64,000 nucleotides of DNA from Desulfobacterales bacterium (GTDB lineage Bacteria; Desulfobacterota; Desulfobacteria; Desulfobacterales; UBA5852). The notes under the pieces are model-generated. The model had not been told where the DNA came from. It was given only the letters and a program-made list of their open reading frames with translations, and searched no databases. Where the stretch lies: contig CAXXVS010000003.1 in NCBI GenBank assembly GCA_963674755.2, positions 64,001 through 128,000 of the forward strand. Direction: 5' to 3'. Both the position numbers and the translations under genes were made by a program. Shown piece after piece: positions 1 through 10,393 of this stretch; the stretch's first letter is position 1; the number at the start of each line of letters is the position of its first letter.

Positions 1-138
1 ATAGTTATATTCGATAAGCAATCAGTATAAATCTGGCCGTCACACATGTCAACCATCGCTTCAATGTTGACACCCTCGGCCACTTTTAATATGTTTTTGA
101 GTTGCATACCATAACAAGCCTTTTGAAAGAGGTGCCAA

Positions 139-666
139 ATGGCCGAAACTGTGGATATCGGTATCTACTTGGACCAAGTCAGAGAAGTCGAAATTCTTTA
201 CCATTTGAAAGCGGATGAATTGGACCGTTTCCTGACGGTATCCGAAGCCGTGCTCTACAGTAAGGGAGAAAAAATCGTCGCCCAGGGCGATAGCGGCAAT
301 TTCCTCTACGTCATCGTAACGGGCAAAGCCGATGTCAGTTTTAGGGATTTGAACGATGACGAAATGTTCGTTTCATCCGTCGAGGCCGGCGATATGTTCG
401 GGGAAGCGGCTTTTTTCACCTCCGAAACGCGAACGGCCAGCGTTACTTGCGCCGACGATACCGTCGCCTTGCGAATTCATAAAGGTGATCTGCTGCAATT
501 CATCAAGGACAACCCACGCTCGGGCAATAAAGTGCTGATGATGATCATTCTCAGTCTTTTGAAAAAGCTGAAGCAGACCAACCAGGAGTTGGCCTATGAA
601 AAACAGTCGGAAATTGATTTCAACTACGCCGATACCCTCATCCAGGATTTTCTAAACGACATCTGA
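139..666 (+). CDS. Stand-alone cyclic nucleotide-binding domain protein
   Basis: cNMP fold motifs (KGEKIVAQGDSGNFLYVIVTG, FGEAAFFTSETRTASV). RBS AGAGG upstream. No Crp HTH at the C-terminus. Confidence 0.85.
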   Translation: MAETVDIGIYLDQVREVEILYHLKADELDRFLTVSEAVLYSKGEKIVAQGDSGNFLYVIVTGKADVSFRDLNDDEMFVSSVEAGDMFGEAAFFTSETRTASVTCADDTVALRIHKGDLLQFIKDNPRSGNKVLMMIILSLLKKLKQTNQELAYEKQSEIDFNYADTLIQDFLNDI

Positions 667-709
667 TCTCTGCCCACCTTGAAAATGAAATGACCCGCAC
701 GGGTGCATC

Positions 710-2233
710 TCACGACCGATCCAAGCTGCGGTACTGAATCGCTTCGGCAATATCGTCCTCGCTGATGGATGGGCGGCTCGCAAGATCCGCCAGCGTGCGC
801 GCGATTTTCAGAATACGATGATAGGCCCGGGCCGACAGGGCCAGGGTTGCGATGGCGGATTCCAGCAAACGCCGGCAATCGGCATCGATGGCGCAAAAGG
901 CCTTGATCTGCCGCGTGTTCATTTGGGCGTTGCAATGAATCCGGGAACGCCGAAAGCGCTTGCTCTGAATGGCGCGTGCCCGTGTTACGCGTGCACGAAT
1001 TTGGGCGGATGATTCTTCGCCCGAACTGGCGGTCAAATCACGATAGGCAACGGCGGGGACTTCCACATGGATATCGACACGATCCATGAGAGGACCCGAA
1101 ATTTTGGACCGATAGCGCTTGATTTGAGATGCCGAGCAGGAACAGGCATGGTTTGGATCCGAAAAGTAGCCGCACGGGCAGGGATTCATGGCCGACACCA
1201 GCATGAAGGCCGCCGGATAGGTCAACGTTGAGGCTGCGCGCGATATGGTGACCTGCCGATCCTCCAGGGGTTGACGCAGCACCTCCAGGACATGCTTCTT
1301 GAACTCCGGCAATTCATCCAAAAACAAAACCCCGTTATGGGCCAGACTGACTTCCCCGGGGCGCGGCATATGACCACCGCCGATCAAACCGGCATCGGAA
1401 ATCGTGTGGTGCGGCGACCGGAAGGGCCGCTGAACCACCAAGGCCTGGTCATGCCCCACCATGCCGACCACGCTGTAGATTTTGGTCGTTTCGATGGCCT
1501 CTTCAAATGTAAGTGTCGGCAGAATCGAAGGGATTCTTCTGGCCAACATGGTCTTGCCGGATCCCGGAGGGCCAACCATCAAAAGATTGTGCCCGCCTGC
1601 GGCCGCAACTTCGATGGCACGTTTGGCGTGCTCCTGGCCGACAACCTCCGCAAAGTCCTCCTCTTGGTCGGTAAAATGATCCTGCAGACAACCCAAATCC
1701 GGTTGCACGGGATCCAGTGCCAGTTCACCTCTTAGAAAGGATACGATCTGGGGCAGATTTTCCACCGGCAAGACTTTGATGCCGCTCACCACGGCGGCTT
1801 CAAGCCCATTGTCGGCCGGCACGATAATCCCGGCATAGCCGGCCCGGCGGGCTTCCAGCGCCATGGGTAGCGAGCCGGCCACCGGTTTGATGCGCCCATC
1901 CAGTGACAACTCGCCCATGACAAGAAACGTGTCCAGACTTTCCGCCGGGAAATGCCGGGTGGCGGCCAAAATACCGAGCGCCATGGGAAGGTCGAATCCG
2001 GTACCATCTTTCTTGATATGGGCCGGCGCTAAATTCACGGTGATACGATCATCCGGAAAGCGGTAGCCAGAATTTTGGATCGCGGATTTGACTCTCTCAC
2101 GGCTTTCTTTAACAGCGGCTTCAGGCAATCCCACAGTTGTAAAACAGGGAAGACCCGAGGCAATATCCACTTCAACTTCTACGAGATACGCATCAATGCC
2201 CAGGACGGCGCTGCTGAGGACCTTGGAAAGCAA
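710..2233 (-). CDS. comM: YifB/ComM family Mg-chelatase-like AAA+ ATPase
   Basis: VGLPEAAVKESRERV, Walker A GPPGSGKT, RPFRSPHH, GEVSLAHNGVLFLDE and MNPCPCG motifs; 507 aa. Confidence 0.93.
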   Translation of the reverse strand: MLSKVLSSAVLGIDAYLVEVEVDIASGLPCFTTVGLPEAAVKESRERVKSAIQNSGYRFPDDRITVNLAPAHIKKDGTGFDLPMALGILAATRHFPAESLDTFLVMGELSLDGRIKPVAGSLPMALEARRAGYAGIIVPADNGLEAAVVSGIKVLPVENLPQIVSFLRGELALDPVQPDLGCLQDHFTDQEEDFAEVVGQEHAKRAIEVAAAGGHNLLMVGPPGSGKTMLARRIPSILPTLTFEEAIETTKIYSVVGMVGHDQALVVQRPFRSPHHTISDAGLIGGGHMPRPGEVSLAHNGVLFLDELPEFKKHVLEVLRQPLEDRQVTISRAASTLTYPAAFMLVSAMNPCPCGYFSDPNHACSCSASQIKRYRSKISGPLMDRVDIHVEVPAVAYRDLTASSGEESSAQIRARVTRARAIQSKRFRRSRIHCNAQMNTRQIKAFCAIDADCRRLLESAIATLALSARAYHRILKIARTLADLASRPSISEDDIAEAIQYRSLDRS

Positions 2234-2367
2234 AAGGGCTCCTAATCGAAGGACGTTGGAAAGGTTGCCGGTTTCATGGAACGCTAAGGATCAAATGGAA
2301 GTCTCCGTCATGGGAGTCACTAGGCAGGCCGGTGTCGCCATTAATGGCCACCGCTTATTTTATATCG

Positions 2368-2512
2368 GTGTCCGTCCAGAGATGGCCGCTTTTGGTTCCT
2401 GGCAAGGCCGCAACCGACTGACGCCCACAGGCGTAGCCCGGCTACGCCGAGGACCGACAGGAGGCGAGAACGCCACCAGAGGCCAAAAGACGCCGCCTCC
2501 ATACAGACCCTA
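2368..2512 (+). repeat. ERIC/MITE-like hairpin element, copy 1
   Basis: GTGTCCGTCCAGAGATGG...TTTTGGTTCCTGGCAAGGC...GCGTAGC-CCG-GCTACGC...GAGAACGCCACCAGAGGCCAAAAGA. Shares blocks with copies at 27369, 28544, 32135, 48412 and 63786. Confidence 0.8.
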
Positions 2513-2711
2513 ACGCTACCAAATTCGCCCGATAATTGCAATCTTGACACTGTTTCCTAATGAGGACAGTTTGTGATATGAAGCACACAATGCGAGTAGG
2601 CGTTGATAAGCGAGAATAGCGCCCATCAGTGCATCGCGATCTTGACTCTTTATTAGGTTTTTGTAAGGATCTATACGGTTACACGTTAAAAGCCTCTTTA
2701 ACGCCTGACGC

Positions 2712-2726
2712 TGGTACGACCTTTGC
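2712..2726 (+). promoter_or_regulatory. Sigma-54 (-24/-12) promoter upstream of lpxC
   Basis: TGGTAC-GACCT-TTGC has the exact GG-N10-GC spacing and lies about 55 bp before the lpxC start. Confidence 0.7.
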
Positions 2727-2779
2727 CGTAAGATTGAGGCCTCATAACGGTTGCCCGATATGAATATCAGAGGGCCCCT

Positions 2780-3709
2780 ATGCATATAAATTTTTTGACC
2801 GACCCCGTTAAACAGCGAACCATCGCCTATGAAACCAACTGCCAGGGTATCGGCGTCCACTCTGGCAATAAAGTCCATTTAACCATTAAACCGGCCGCGG
2901 CCAATCATGGCATCCGGTTTGTTCGTACCGATCTGCCGGGCACCCCCATGATTCCGGCCCTGTTTAACCAGGTGGTGGACACCAGTTTAGCCACCGTCAT
3001 CGGAAGCGAGGGGGCCATTGTATCGACCATCGAACATTTGATGGCGGCCCTTTCGGCCCTTTCCATCGACAATGCCGTGATCGCGCTTGATGCCTATGAA
3101 ATGCCGATTATGGATGGCAGCGCCCGCCCTTTTTTTGAATTGCTCGAAGAGGTTGGGGTAGAAGAACAGGAAGCGGAACGCTGTTTCTTTGTCATCAAAA
3201 AGCCTGTTGAGCTTCGCGATGGCAACAAATTTGTAGCCGCTTATCCGTATAATGGCCGCAAGTTATCCTGTACCATAGAATATGACCATCCTTTGATTCA
3301 AACCCAGGCCATTTCCGTCAACCTTGATCCCCATGTTTTCAGAGAAGACATTTCCCCCGCCCGAACCTTCGGATTCGCGCAAGAAGTTGAAATGATGAAA
3401 CGATTCGGCTTGGCGCGGGGCGGTTCGCTGGAAAACGCCATTGTGGTGGATCAAGATAAAATTATGAACCCTGGCGGCCTGCGGTTCGCTGACGAATTTG
3501 TTCGTCACAAACTACTGGATTGTATTGGAGACTTTTCATTACTCGGCATGCCGATCGTGGGGCATTTGGTGACCTATCGATCCGGGCATGCGTTTAATCA
3601 TGCCTTTCTTGAAAAGCTTTTCCAAAATAAGTCCTCTTGGCAGGCCTGCCCGGTTGTCACCCCGATCGAACCGACCATGCCCCCCCTTTCAAGAGCGCTT
3701 GCCATTTAA
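2780..3709 (+). CDS. lpxC: UDP-3-O-acyl-N-acetylglucosamine deacetylase
   Basis: QRTI, GIGVHSG, TIEHLMAAL, PIMDGSA, ARTFGF and EFVRHKLLDCIGD motifs. Confidence 0.97.
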   Translation: MHINFLTDPVKQRTIAYETNCQGIGVHSGNKVHLTIKPAAANHGIRFVRTDLPGTPMIPALFNQVVDTSLATVIGSEGAIVSTIEHLMAALSALSIDNAVIALDAYEMPIMDGSARPFFELLEEVGVEEQEAERCFFVIKKPVELRDGNKFVAAYPYNGRKLSCTIEYDHPLIQTQAISVNLDPHVFREDISPARTFGFAQEVEMMKRFGLARGGSLENAIVVDQDKIMNPGGLRFADEFVRHKLLDCIGDFSLLGMPIVGHLVTYRSGHAFNHAFLEKLFQNKSSWQACPVVTPIEPTMPPLSRALAI

Positions 3710-3881
3710 CGACGGATTCGCTAATAATCTTAAAGGACGCTGCATTTTATAATATTCCTTATGGGTTGAAGCACGCCAAGGCCGCTGCTTGTTTCAGGCA
3801 GAAACCCGCAGGGATGAAGGTGTAACAATCAAGATAATTGTTGAGCCCCTTTCGGGCTATTTTCTTTTTAGGCCGACACGA

Positions 3882-4457
3882 ATGCAAACGATCTCCTATC
3901 TTCTACGCCTTGTAAGGTTCTCCTTTCTATTGGTCATTATCGCGATGCCGGCAGCGGCTGCCGCCCAGGAAGCGCGTCTGAAAAATATCACCATTTCGAG
4001 TGCCGACGATCAACTATTGGTTTCGCTGGAGGTCGAGGGAGCCTTTACACAGGACGTCATGGAAGCGATCCTTAAGGGTGTTCCGGCGGACTTTTCCTTT
4101 TTTATCAAACTCTATCGATCCCGAAGCTGGTGGTTCGACGAAGAGCTCACGGATCTCGAAATTACCCATACGATTAAATACGATAACTTGAAAAAAGAAT
4201 TCTCGGTGTACCGCTCATGGATCGACAAAAAGCCCGTCATCACACCCTCGCTAGCAGAAGCACAGGCGCTGATGACGCATATTAACGGGCTGCCGATTAT
4301 CGACTTGAACCGCATGCAGAAGAATGAACAATACGAGCTTCTGGCAAAAGCGCAATTGAGCCAAATGACCCTTCCGTTTTATCTTCATTATGTGTTTTAT
4401 TTTGTTTCCTTGTGGGATTTTGAGACCGATTGGCACTCGGTCGTTTTCGTCTATTAG
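3882..4457 (+). CDS. DUF4390 domain exported protein
   Basis: Signal peptide (AAAAAQE), SWWFDE and C-terminal LWDFETDW. Typical position upstream of ntrY. Start re-picked at ATG 3882. Confidence 0.75.
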   Translation: MQTISYLLRLVRFSFLLVIIAMPAAAAAQEARLKNITISSADDQLLVSLEVEGAFTQDVMEAILKGVPADFSFFIKLYRSRSWWFDEELTDLEITHTIKYDNLKKEFSVYRSWIDKKPVITPSLAEAQALMTHINGLPIIDLNRMQKNEQYELLAKAQLSQMTLPFYLHYVFYFVSLWDFETDWHSVVFVY

Positions 4458-4487
4458 CGCAGTCGCGCCTAAGCGCCGGTATACATC

Positions 4488-6755
4488 ATGCCCAGCAAAT
4501 CTTCACAGCTATTTCGGGAACCGCACCCGGAAAGCGAAAAGCGGCGCCGAAAACGTGAACTGTTGCTGATTCCCTTCATTCTTGGAATCGTCGCACTGTT
4601 GACGTTCCTGGAAGCACGACTGATTCGGTTTGGCGCCGATATTCCGGTCTCCAATACCATTTTGATGTTCATCCTGATCAACATCAACCTCCTGCTGCTG
4701 GTTCTTCTGATCTTCCTCGTCTTCCGTAATCTCGTTAAGCTCTTATATGATCGGCGCCGCCAGGCGGTAGGGGCCACTCTGCGCACACGGCTGGTCGTGG
4801 CGTTTGTGGCGCTCACACTCCTCCCGACGACGATTCTCTTTTTTTTCTCCATCAATTTTATCTCCACCAGCATTGAGTTCTGGTTCAATGTTCCTGTGGA
4901 ACAGGCGTTGCAAAAATCCTTGAATGTGGGCCGCCGGGTATATGACCGCATTGAACACAACAACCAATTTTTCCTCGAACGAATTGCCTATCAGATCAAT
5001 GCCAACAACCTGCTTCTAAACAAAAAGCAAAAAGCGCTGTCACGCTATATCCAGGTCGTGCAACGGGAGTTCAACCTTGATGCCGTTGAAATCTACGATC
5101 GCGACTTTCGGCGCGTAACTTTTGCCGTTTCTCCTAAACTGGAAAACAAGACCCTGCCGCCTATAGCGCCGGAAATCTTCAGCAAAGACGACGCCCTGAA
5201 AAAAGTAAAAACAGTAACGGAATTTTCACTGGCCGGCGAAAGCGTCCGGACGGTAGCAACGGTTCCTTTTGGCGTTAAAAGTAATAATGCCGAGGGGTTT
5301 GTCGTCTTGTCAATTGTCGTACCCCCAACCCACGCGAATGAGATGAATGCCATCTCCCAGGGCTTTGAAGAGTATCAGCAAATAAAGCTTCTCAAAAAGC
5401 CCATTCAAATCACCTATTACATTTCTTTGTCGATCGTCGCCTTGCTGGTCGTGTTCTGTGCGGTTTGGTTCGGGTTTTATCTGGCGAAGAACATCACCAT
5501 CCCCATTATGGAGCTTGCCGAAGGAACACGCCGGGTGGCGGATGGCGATCTTGAATTTCATTTGGATATCACCGCAAGTGATGAGATCGGCATTCTTGTA
5601 GATTCGTTTAACAAGATGACTCGCGATCTCAGGACCGGTCGCGAGCAAATCGAATTGTCAGCCGAAATGCTCAGTCAACGCAACATTGAAATTGAAGCCC
5701 GGCGGCAGTACATGGAAATCGTTCTAAAGAATATTTCGGCAGGCGTCATCTCGCTGGATGCCCGTGGAATGATTTCCACAATGAACAAGGCCGCCGAGAA
5801 GATGCTGAACCTCAATGCGGATGATATCATTGACCATAATTATTCAGAACTCTTGGCGGGACACTATCTGGAGCTGGCTGACGAAGTGTTGCAGGAGTTG
5901 AATTCCGCCAAGAACAACGCAGTTGAATTCCCTATTCGACTGAACGTGCAGGGAAGGCCGCGCAGCTTCCTGGTCAATTTCAATGCGCTTAAGGACGATG
6001 CCGGACACCACATGGGCGTGGTGATGGTTTTCGATGATTTGACCGAATTGGAAAAAGCCCAGCGCATGGCCGCCTGGCGCGAAGTCGCCCGCCGCATCGC
6101 CCATGAAGTGAAAAATCCCCTCACCCCCATCTCGCTTTCGGCCCAGCGATTAAAGCGAAAATATGCCAGCCAGATCGATGATCCGGTATTCGACGAGTGT
6201 ACCCGCATGATCATCGACCATGTCGACCTCATTCGAAACCTGGTCAATGAATTTTCCGCCTTTGCACGCTTTCCCACGGCCGATTTAGCGTCATGTGATC
6301 TACCACCTATTATTGAAGAAACGGTAGCTCTGTACAAAGAGGGCCACGAGCTTATTCAGTTTGAAACAAAAATTGAAGGCGATCTGCCTATCCCGCAAAT
6401 GAACTTGGACCGCCAGCAAATCAAGCAGGCCATGATCAATCTCGTCGACAATGCGATTGCCGCCGTGAAGGGGAAGGGGCATGTTGAAATCAAATTGATC
6501 TACCATCATACGTGGGACTTCCTGCGCATAGAGGTCTGCGATGATGGACCCGGCATTTCCGATGCGGTTAAGTCAAGACTATTCGAACCGAATTTTTCGA
6601 CCAAAAAAGCCGGAACGGGGTTAGGCTTAACGATCGTGAACACCATCGTAGCCGACCACCAGGGCACCATCAGTGTGGAAGACCGCAAACCGCATGGGGT
6701 GCGGTTTATCATCGAATTGCCGGTTCACCAAAAAAACTCGGAAGTGGTCGTCTGA
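4488..6755 (+). CDS. NtrY-like membrane sensor histidine kinase (HAMP-PAS-HisKA-HATPase)
   Basis: TM helices, AAWREVARRIAHEVKNPLTPI H-box, N-box, DDGPG and GTGLGL. Confidence 0.92.
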   Translation: MPSKSSQLFREPHPESEKRRRKRELLLIPFILGIVALLTFLEARLIRFGADIPVSNTILMFILININLLLLVLLIFLVFRNLVKLLYDRRRQAVGATLRTRLVVAFVALTLLPTTILFFFSINFISTSIEFWFNVPVEQALQKSLNVGRRVYDRIEHNNQFFLERIAYQINANNLLLNKKQKALSRYIQVVQREFNLDAVEIYDRDFRRVTFAVSPKLENKTLPPIAPEIFSKDDALKKVKTVTEFSLAGESVRTVATVPFGVKSNNAEGFVVLSIVVPPTHANEMNAISQGFEEYQQIKLLKKPIQITYYISLSIVALLVVFCAVWFGFYLAKNITIPIMELAEGTRRVADGDLEFHLDITASDEIGILVDSFNKMTRDLRTGREQIELSAEMLSQRNIEIEARRQYMEIVLKNISAGVISLDARGMISTMNKAAEKMLNLNADDIIDHNYSELLAGHYLELADEVLQELNSAKNNAVEFPIRLNVQGRPRSFLVNFNALKDDAGHHMGVVMVFDDLTELEKAQRMAAWREVARRIAHEVKNPLTPISLSAQRLKRKYASQIDDPVFDECTRMIIDHVDLIRNLVNEFSAFARFPTADLASCDLPPIIEETVALYKEGHELIQFETKIEGDLPIPQMNLDRQQIKQAMINLVDNAIAAVKGKGHVEIKLIYHHTWDFLRIEVCDDGPGISDAVKSRLFEPNFSTKKAGTGLGLTIVNTIVADHQGTISVEDRKPHGVRFIIELPVHQKNSEVVV

Positions 6756-6873
6756 TAGACCGTTCCTGAACGTGATAGGCCGCAAACCGCGCAGGGCCTT
6801 TGCTTGGGCAACCCAGACAAACAATGGCCTATTACCTGCGTTTTATCTCTTTAACCCAATATATCGAGGCAAC

Positions 6874-8235
6874 ATGTTTCCAACAATTCTTATTGTTGAC
6901 GATGAGCCATCCATCGTCCAATCGTTAAAAGGTCTGTTAAGTGACGAAGGCTTCGAGGTGATGACGGCGCCCAACGGTTATGAAGCGCTAAAAGCCATCG
7001 AACGCGAATCCCCCGATCTGGTTCTGCTGGATATATGGATGCCTGGAATCGACGGCATTGAAACCCTTAAGGAAATCAAAGCGAATAATCCCTTCATTCA
7101 GGTTATCGTTATAACGGGCCACGGCAATGTGGAAACAGCCGTGAAAGCCACCAAACTCGGGGCGTTCGATTTGATCGAAAAACCCCTTTCCATCGACAAG
7201 GTGATTGTCGGGATCAACAACGCGCTCAATTTCAGACGGCTAGAGGAGGAGAACCGCTATCTTCGTCGCAAGACGCTGGCCAAGAATTCTATCGATGGAA
7301 ACAGCCCCCATATACTGCAGTTAAAACAAAATATCGCGGCCGTTGCCCCCACGGACACTTGGGTATTGATAAGCGGTGAAAACGGGACCGGCAAAGAACT
7401 TGTCGCGCGGACGATTTATCAACTCGGCAATCGTGCCGAAAAACCATTTGTCGATGTCAACTGTGCCGCGATACCGGAGGAACTGATCGAAAGTGAGTTG
7501 TTTGGGCATGAAAAGGGCGCTTTTACCGGCGCAACGACCAAAAAACGCGGCAAATTCGAGATCGCCAATGAAGGGACTCTTTTCCTTGACGAAATCAGCG
7601 ACATGAGCCTCAAAACTCAGGCGAAAATTCTGCGTGTGCTCCAGGAGCAACAATTTCAGCGGGTGGGAGGCAGCCGTGTGCTGAAAGTCGATGTACGCGT
7701 CATTGCCGCCACAAACAAGGACCTAACGGTCGAAATCGAAGCAGGCCGCTTCCGGGAAGATCTCTATTATCGGCTCAATGTCCTGCCGATTGAGGTGCCG
7801 AGCCTGCGGGAACGGAAAGAGGATATTCCCCTTTTGGTCGACCACTTTTTAAACGATTGCGCCCTGCAAAACCGCACACGATGTAAAACCATCGATGATG
7901 AAGCCTTAGATATATTAAAAAGATATGCTTGGCCGGGAAATGTGCGCGAGTTAAAAAACCTGATCGAACGCCTTGTCATTCTCGTTCCGGAAGATCAAAT
8001 CACCAAAGACGATATACCTCCCAGCTATCGCATTGAAAAGCCATGGCCCTCTTTAAAGGAGGAAAGTTATCTTATGACGAACGATTTCAAAGATGCCAAA
8101 AAAGCCTTTGAAGAAACCTTTATCCGTGAAAAACTTCGCGAAAACGACGGCAATGTATCTCAGACAGCCCGGCAGATCGGCGTTGGTCGCAGTTATCTGC
8201 ACAAAAAACTTAAACAAATGAATGGCAAGAGTTAA
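6874..8235 (+). CDS. NtrX-like sigma-54-dependent response regulator
   Basis: REC domain (ILIVDDE, LLDIWMP), [22 protein letters not shown] and Fis HTH. Start re-picked at MFPTIL. Confidence 0.92.
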   Translation: MFPTILIVDDEPSIVQSLKGLLSDEGFEVMTAPNGYEALKAIERESPDLVLLDIWMPGIDGIETLKEIKANNPFIQVIVITGHGNVETAVKATKLGAFDLIEKPLSIDKVIVGINNALNFRRLEEENRYLRRKTLAKNSIDGNSPHILQLKQNIAAVAPTDTWVLISGENGTGKELVARTIYQLGNRAEKPFVDVNCAAIPEELIESELFGHEKGAFTGATTKKRGKFEIANEGTLFLDEISDMSLKTQAKILRVLQEQQFQRVGGSRVLKVDVRVIAATNKDLTVEIEAGRFREDLYYRLNVLPIEVPSLRERKEDIPLLVDHFLNDCALQNRTRCKTIDDEALDILKRYAWPGNVRELKNLIERLVILVPEDQITKDDIPPSYRIEKPWPSLKEESYLMTNDFKDAKKAFEETFIREKLRENDGNVSQTARQIGVGRSYLHKKLKQMNGKS

Positions 8236-8237
8236 GC

Positions 8238-8783
8238 GTGCGGATCATCGGTGGGCGTTTCAGGGGGGCACGACTTCATACACCCAAAGGAATTGAAATC
8301 CGGCCCACAGCGGACCGCCTGCGCGAATCGATCTTCAATATCCTCGGATCACGGCTTCATACAAAACGTGTTCTCGATCTTTATGCCGGCACCGGGGCCA
8401 TGGGGATCGAGGCCTTGAGCCGTGGAGCAACCCATGCCGTCTTTATTGATCAACATCCCATGGCGCTCGATCTGATCCGCCGGAATATCACCAAAGTCAG
8501 AGCCGCCGAACAGACAACGATCATCCCCTGGAACATCGAGCGCAACCTTCAATGCCTTTGCGGCCAGGAGGCTTTTGACCTGATATTCATGGATCCCCCT
8601 TACCGAAAAGGTCTCATCCACCGCACGCTCGTTAACTTGCAATCGGCCAAGATTGGTTTCACAACTGCTCTCATTGAACATAACGAGGAAGAATCGTTAG
8701 GGCATCTTCCGGATGGCGTTATCCTTAGAGACCAGCGTCGCTATGGGAAAACCCTTGTATCGATTTTAGACGGTGTGCTATAG
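8238..8783 (+). CDS. rsmD: 16S rRNA (guanine966-N2)-methyltransferase
   Basis: MRIIGG, RPTADRLRESIFN, VLDLYAGTG and DPPY motifs; adjacent to coaD. Confidence 0.93.
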   Translation: MRIIGGRFRGARLHTPKGIEIRPTADRLRESIFNILGSRLHTKRVLDLYAGTGAMGIEALSRGATHAVFIDQHPMALDLIRRNITKVRAAEQTTIIPWNIERNLQCLCGQEAFDLIFMDPPYRKGLIHRTLVNLQSAKIGFTTALIEHNEEESLGHLPDGVILRDQRRYGKTLVSILDGVL

Positions 8784-8863
8784 GCGGAACATCATTACCC
8801 ACCGACAGCTGCCGATCGACGGCGCTCATTTGATGAACGTTTCCCTGGAGGGCTTCCATTCGA

Positions 8864-9355
8864 ATGCCTAAATTGGCCATCTATCCCGGTTCCTTCGATC
8901 CTGTCACCAACGGCCATATTGATATCATTGTCCGCGGACTTAAGATTTTCGACGATATTGTCGTCTGTATTCTAAACAATCCGGCCAAAAACGTCCTTTT
9001 TGATATCGAAGAACGTATGGATATGCTCAATCAAAGCCTTAACGGCATTAAAAATATCGAAGTCACAACCTATGATGGGTTGCTGGTGGATTTCGCCGTT
9101 CAGCGCCAAGCGAATGCGATCCTTAGGGGGATGCGGGCAGTATCCGATTTCGAATATGAATTTCAAATGGCACTTATGAACCGTCGCCTCAACCGGGATA
9201 TCCAAACGGTCTTTTTAATGACCGGTTTGCGCTGGATATTCACCAGTTCCTCCATTATCAAGGAAGCCGCCCGATTTGGGGGCAACATCAATGGCATGGT
9301 CCCCAAAATCGTTCAACAAAAGCTGAAAGAAAAATTTTCAGCTGATACCCCATGA
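8864..9355 (+). CDS. coaD: Phosphopantetheine adenylyltransferase
   Basis: YPGSFDPVTNGHIDI, RGMRAVSDFEYE and SSSIIKE motifs. Confidence 0.97.
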   Translation: MPKLAIYPGSFDPVTNGHIDIIVRGLKIFDDIVVCILNNPAKNVLFDIEERMDMLNQSLNGIKNIEVTTYDGLLVDFAVQRQANAILRGMRAVSDFEYEFQMALMNRRLNRDIQTVFLMTGLRWIFTSSSIIKEAARFGGNINGMVPKIVQQKLKEKFSADTP

Positions 9356-9361
9356 AGGCCA

Positions 9362-10282
9362 ATGGATCTTTGGCAGCTTCACATATTCTGCAAAGTTGTT
9401 GAATTGGCCAGCTTCAGTAAAGCCGGCCAGGCCATCCATCTCTCCCAGCCAACCGTCAGCAGCCACATCAAAGATCTTGAAAAACATTTTGGATGTTCTT
9501 TGGTCGACCGCATGTCGCGATGCGCTGTTCCAACCAAGGCCGGCGACCTGCTCTACACATACGCCCTGCGTCTTCTGGCCTTGCGGGATGAAACGGAGGC
9601 CGCTCTGGCCGAATACCAGGGTCAATACAAGGGGAAGCTGCGGATTGGCGGCAGCACCATCCCGGGAGGTTACCTGTTGCCGAAAATTATCGGGCCGTTC
9701 AATGGGGAATTTCCCAATATTCGGATCTCGCTGATGATTGGCGATTCGCGCAACATTGTTCGCAAAACGTTGGACGGCGAAATAGAGATGGGGTTTGTGG
9801 GCGCGCGCTTCTCCGAACCTCATTTGCAAACGACCCCTTTGACCAACGACAGCCTCAAGCTCATCGTTCCGCCCCATCACGCCTGGGCCACAGAAAGTTC
9901 GATCGCCATTGAGGCCCTGCGCCATGAACCCATGGTTGTCAGGGAAAGCGGGTCCGGGACCCGGCGGGTTCTGTCTAAGGCATTGCAGGCCAATGAATTG
10001 GAACTCTCCGAACACTTTCATATTGTTGCGGAGATCGGCAACACCATCGGCATCGTCGGAGCCATTAAAAGCGGTTTGGGCGTATCCATTCTCTCGACGA
10101 GAGCGATCGAAGAGGAGCTAAAAAGCGGAACATTGCGGGCCCTGGATATTCAAGGCCTTGACCTTGAAAGGCAAATCCATCTTATCGTTGACAAGCGCCG
10201 AACAATTTCCCCCCTTGCGGGTGCCTTTCGGCACTACATTACCCAGCGTTATAAAAATGATAAAGCGGCATGCAAAAAATAA
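9362..10282 (+). CDS. LysR-family regulator (CysL-like effector domain)
   Basis: HTH SFSKAG..LSQPTVSSHIKDLE; GGSTIPG and RESGSGTR motifs. Confidence 0.9.
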   Translation: MDLWQLHIFCKVVELASFSKAGQAIHLSQPTVSSHIKDLEKHFGCSLVDRMSRCAVPTKAGDLLYTYALRLLALRDETEAALAEYQGQYKGKLRIGGSTIPGGYLLPKIIGPFNGEFPNIRISLMIGDSRNIVRKTLDGEIEMGFVGARFSEPHLQTTPLTNDSLKLIVPPHHAWATESSIAIEALRHEPMVVRESGSGTRRVLSKALQANELELSEHFHIVAEIGNTIGIVGAIKSGLGVSILSTRAIEEELKSGTLRALDIQGLDLERQIHLIVDKRRTISPLAGAFRHYITQRYKNDKAACKK

Positions 10283-10393
10283 CGCGGCGCGAAAAAAACA
10301 CCTGCCCATGCTCCCTTGGCATCAGAAACCTGGATTCGATCGAGTTTATCGATGGGCCAGAGAAAGCTGGTCAGCCGAAGGCGTTTAACAAGC

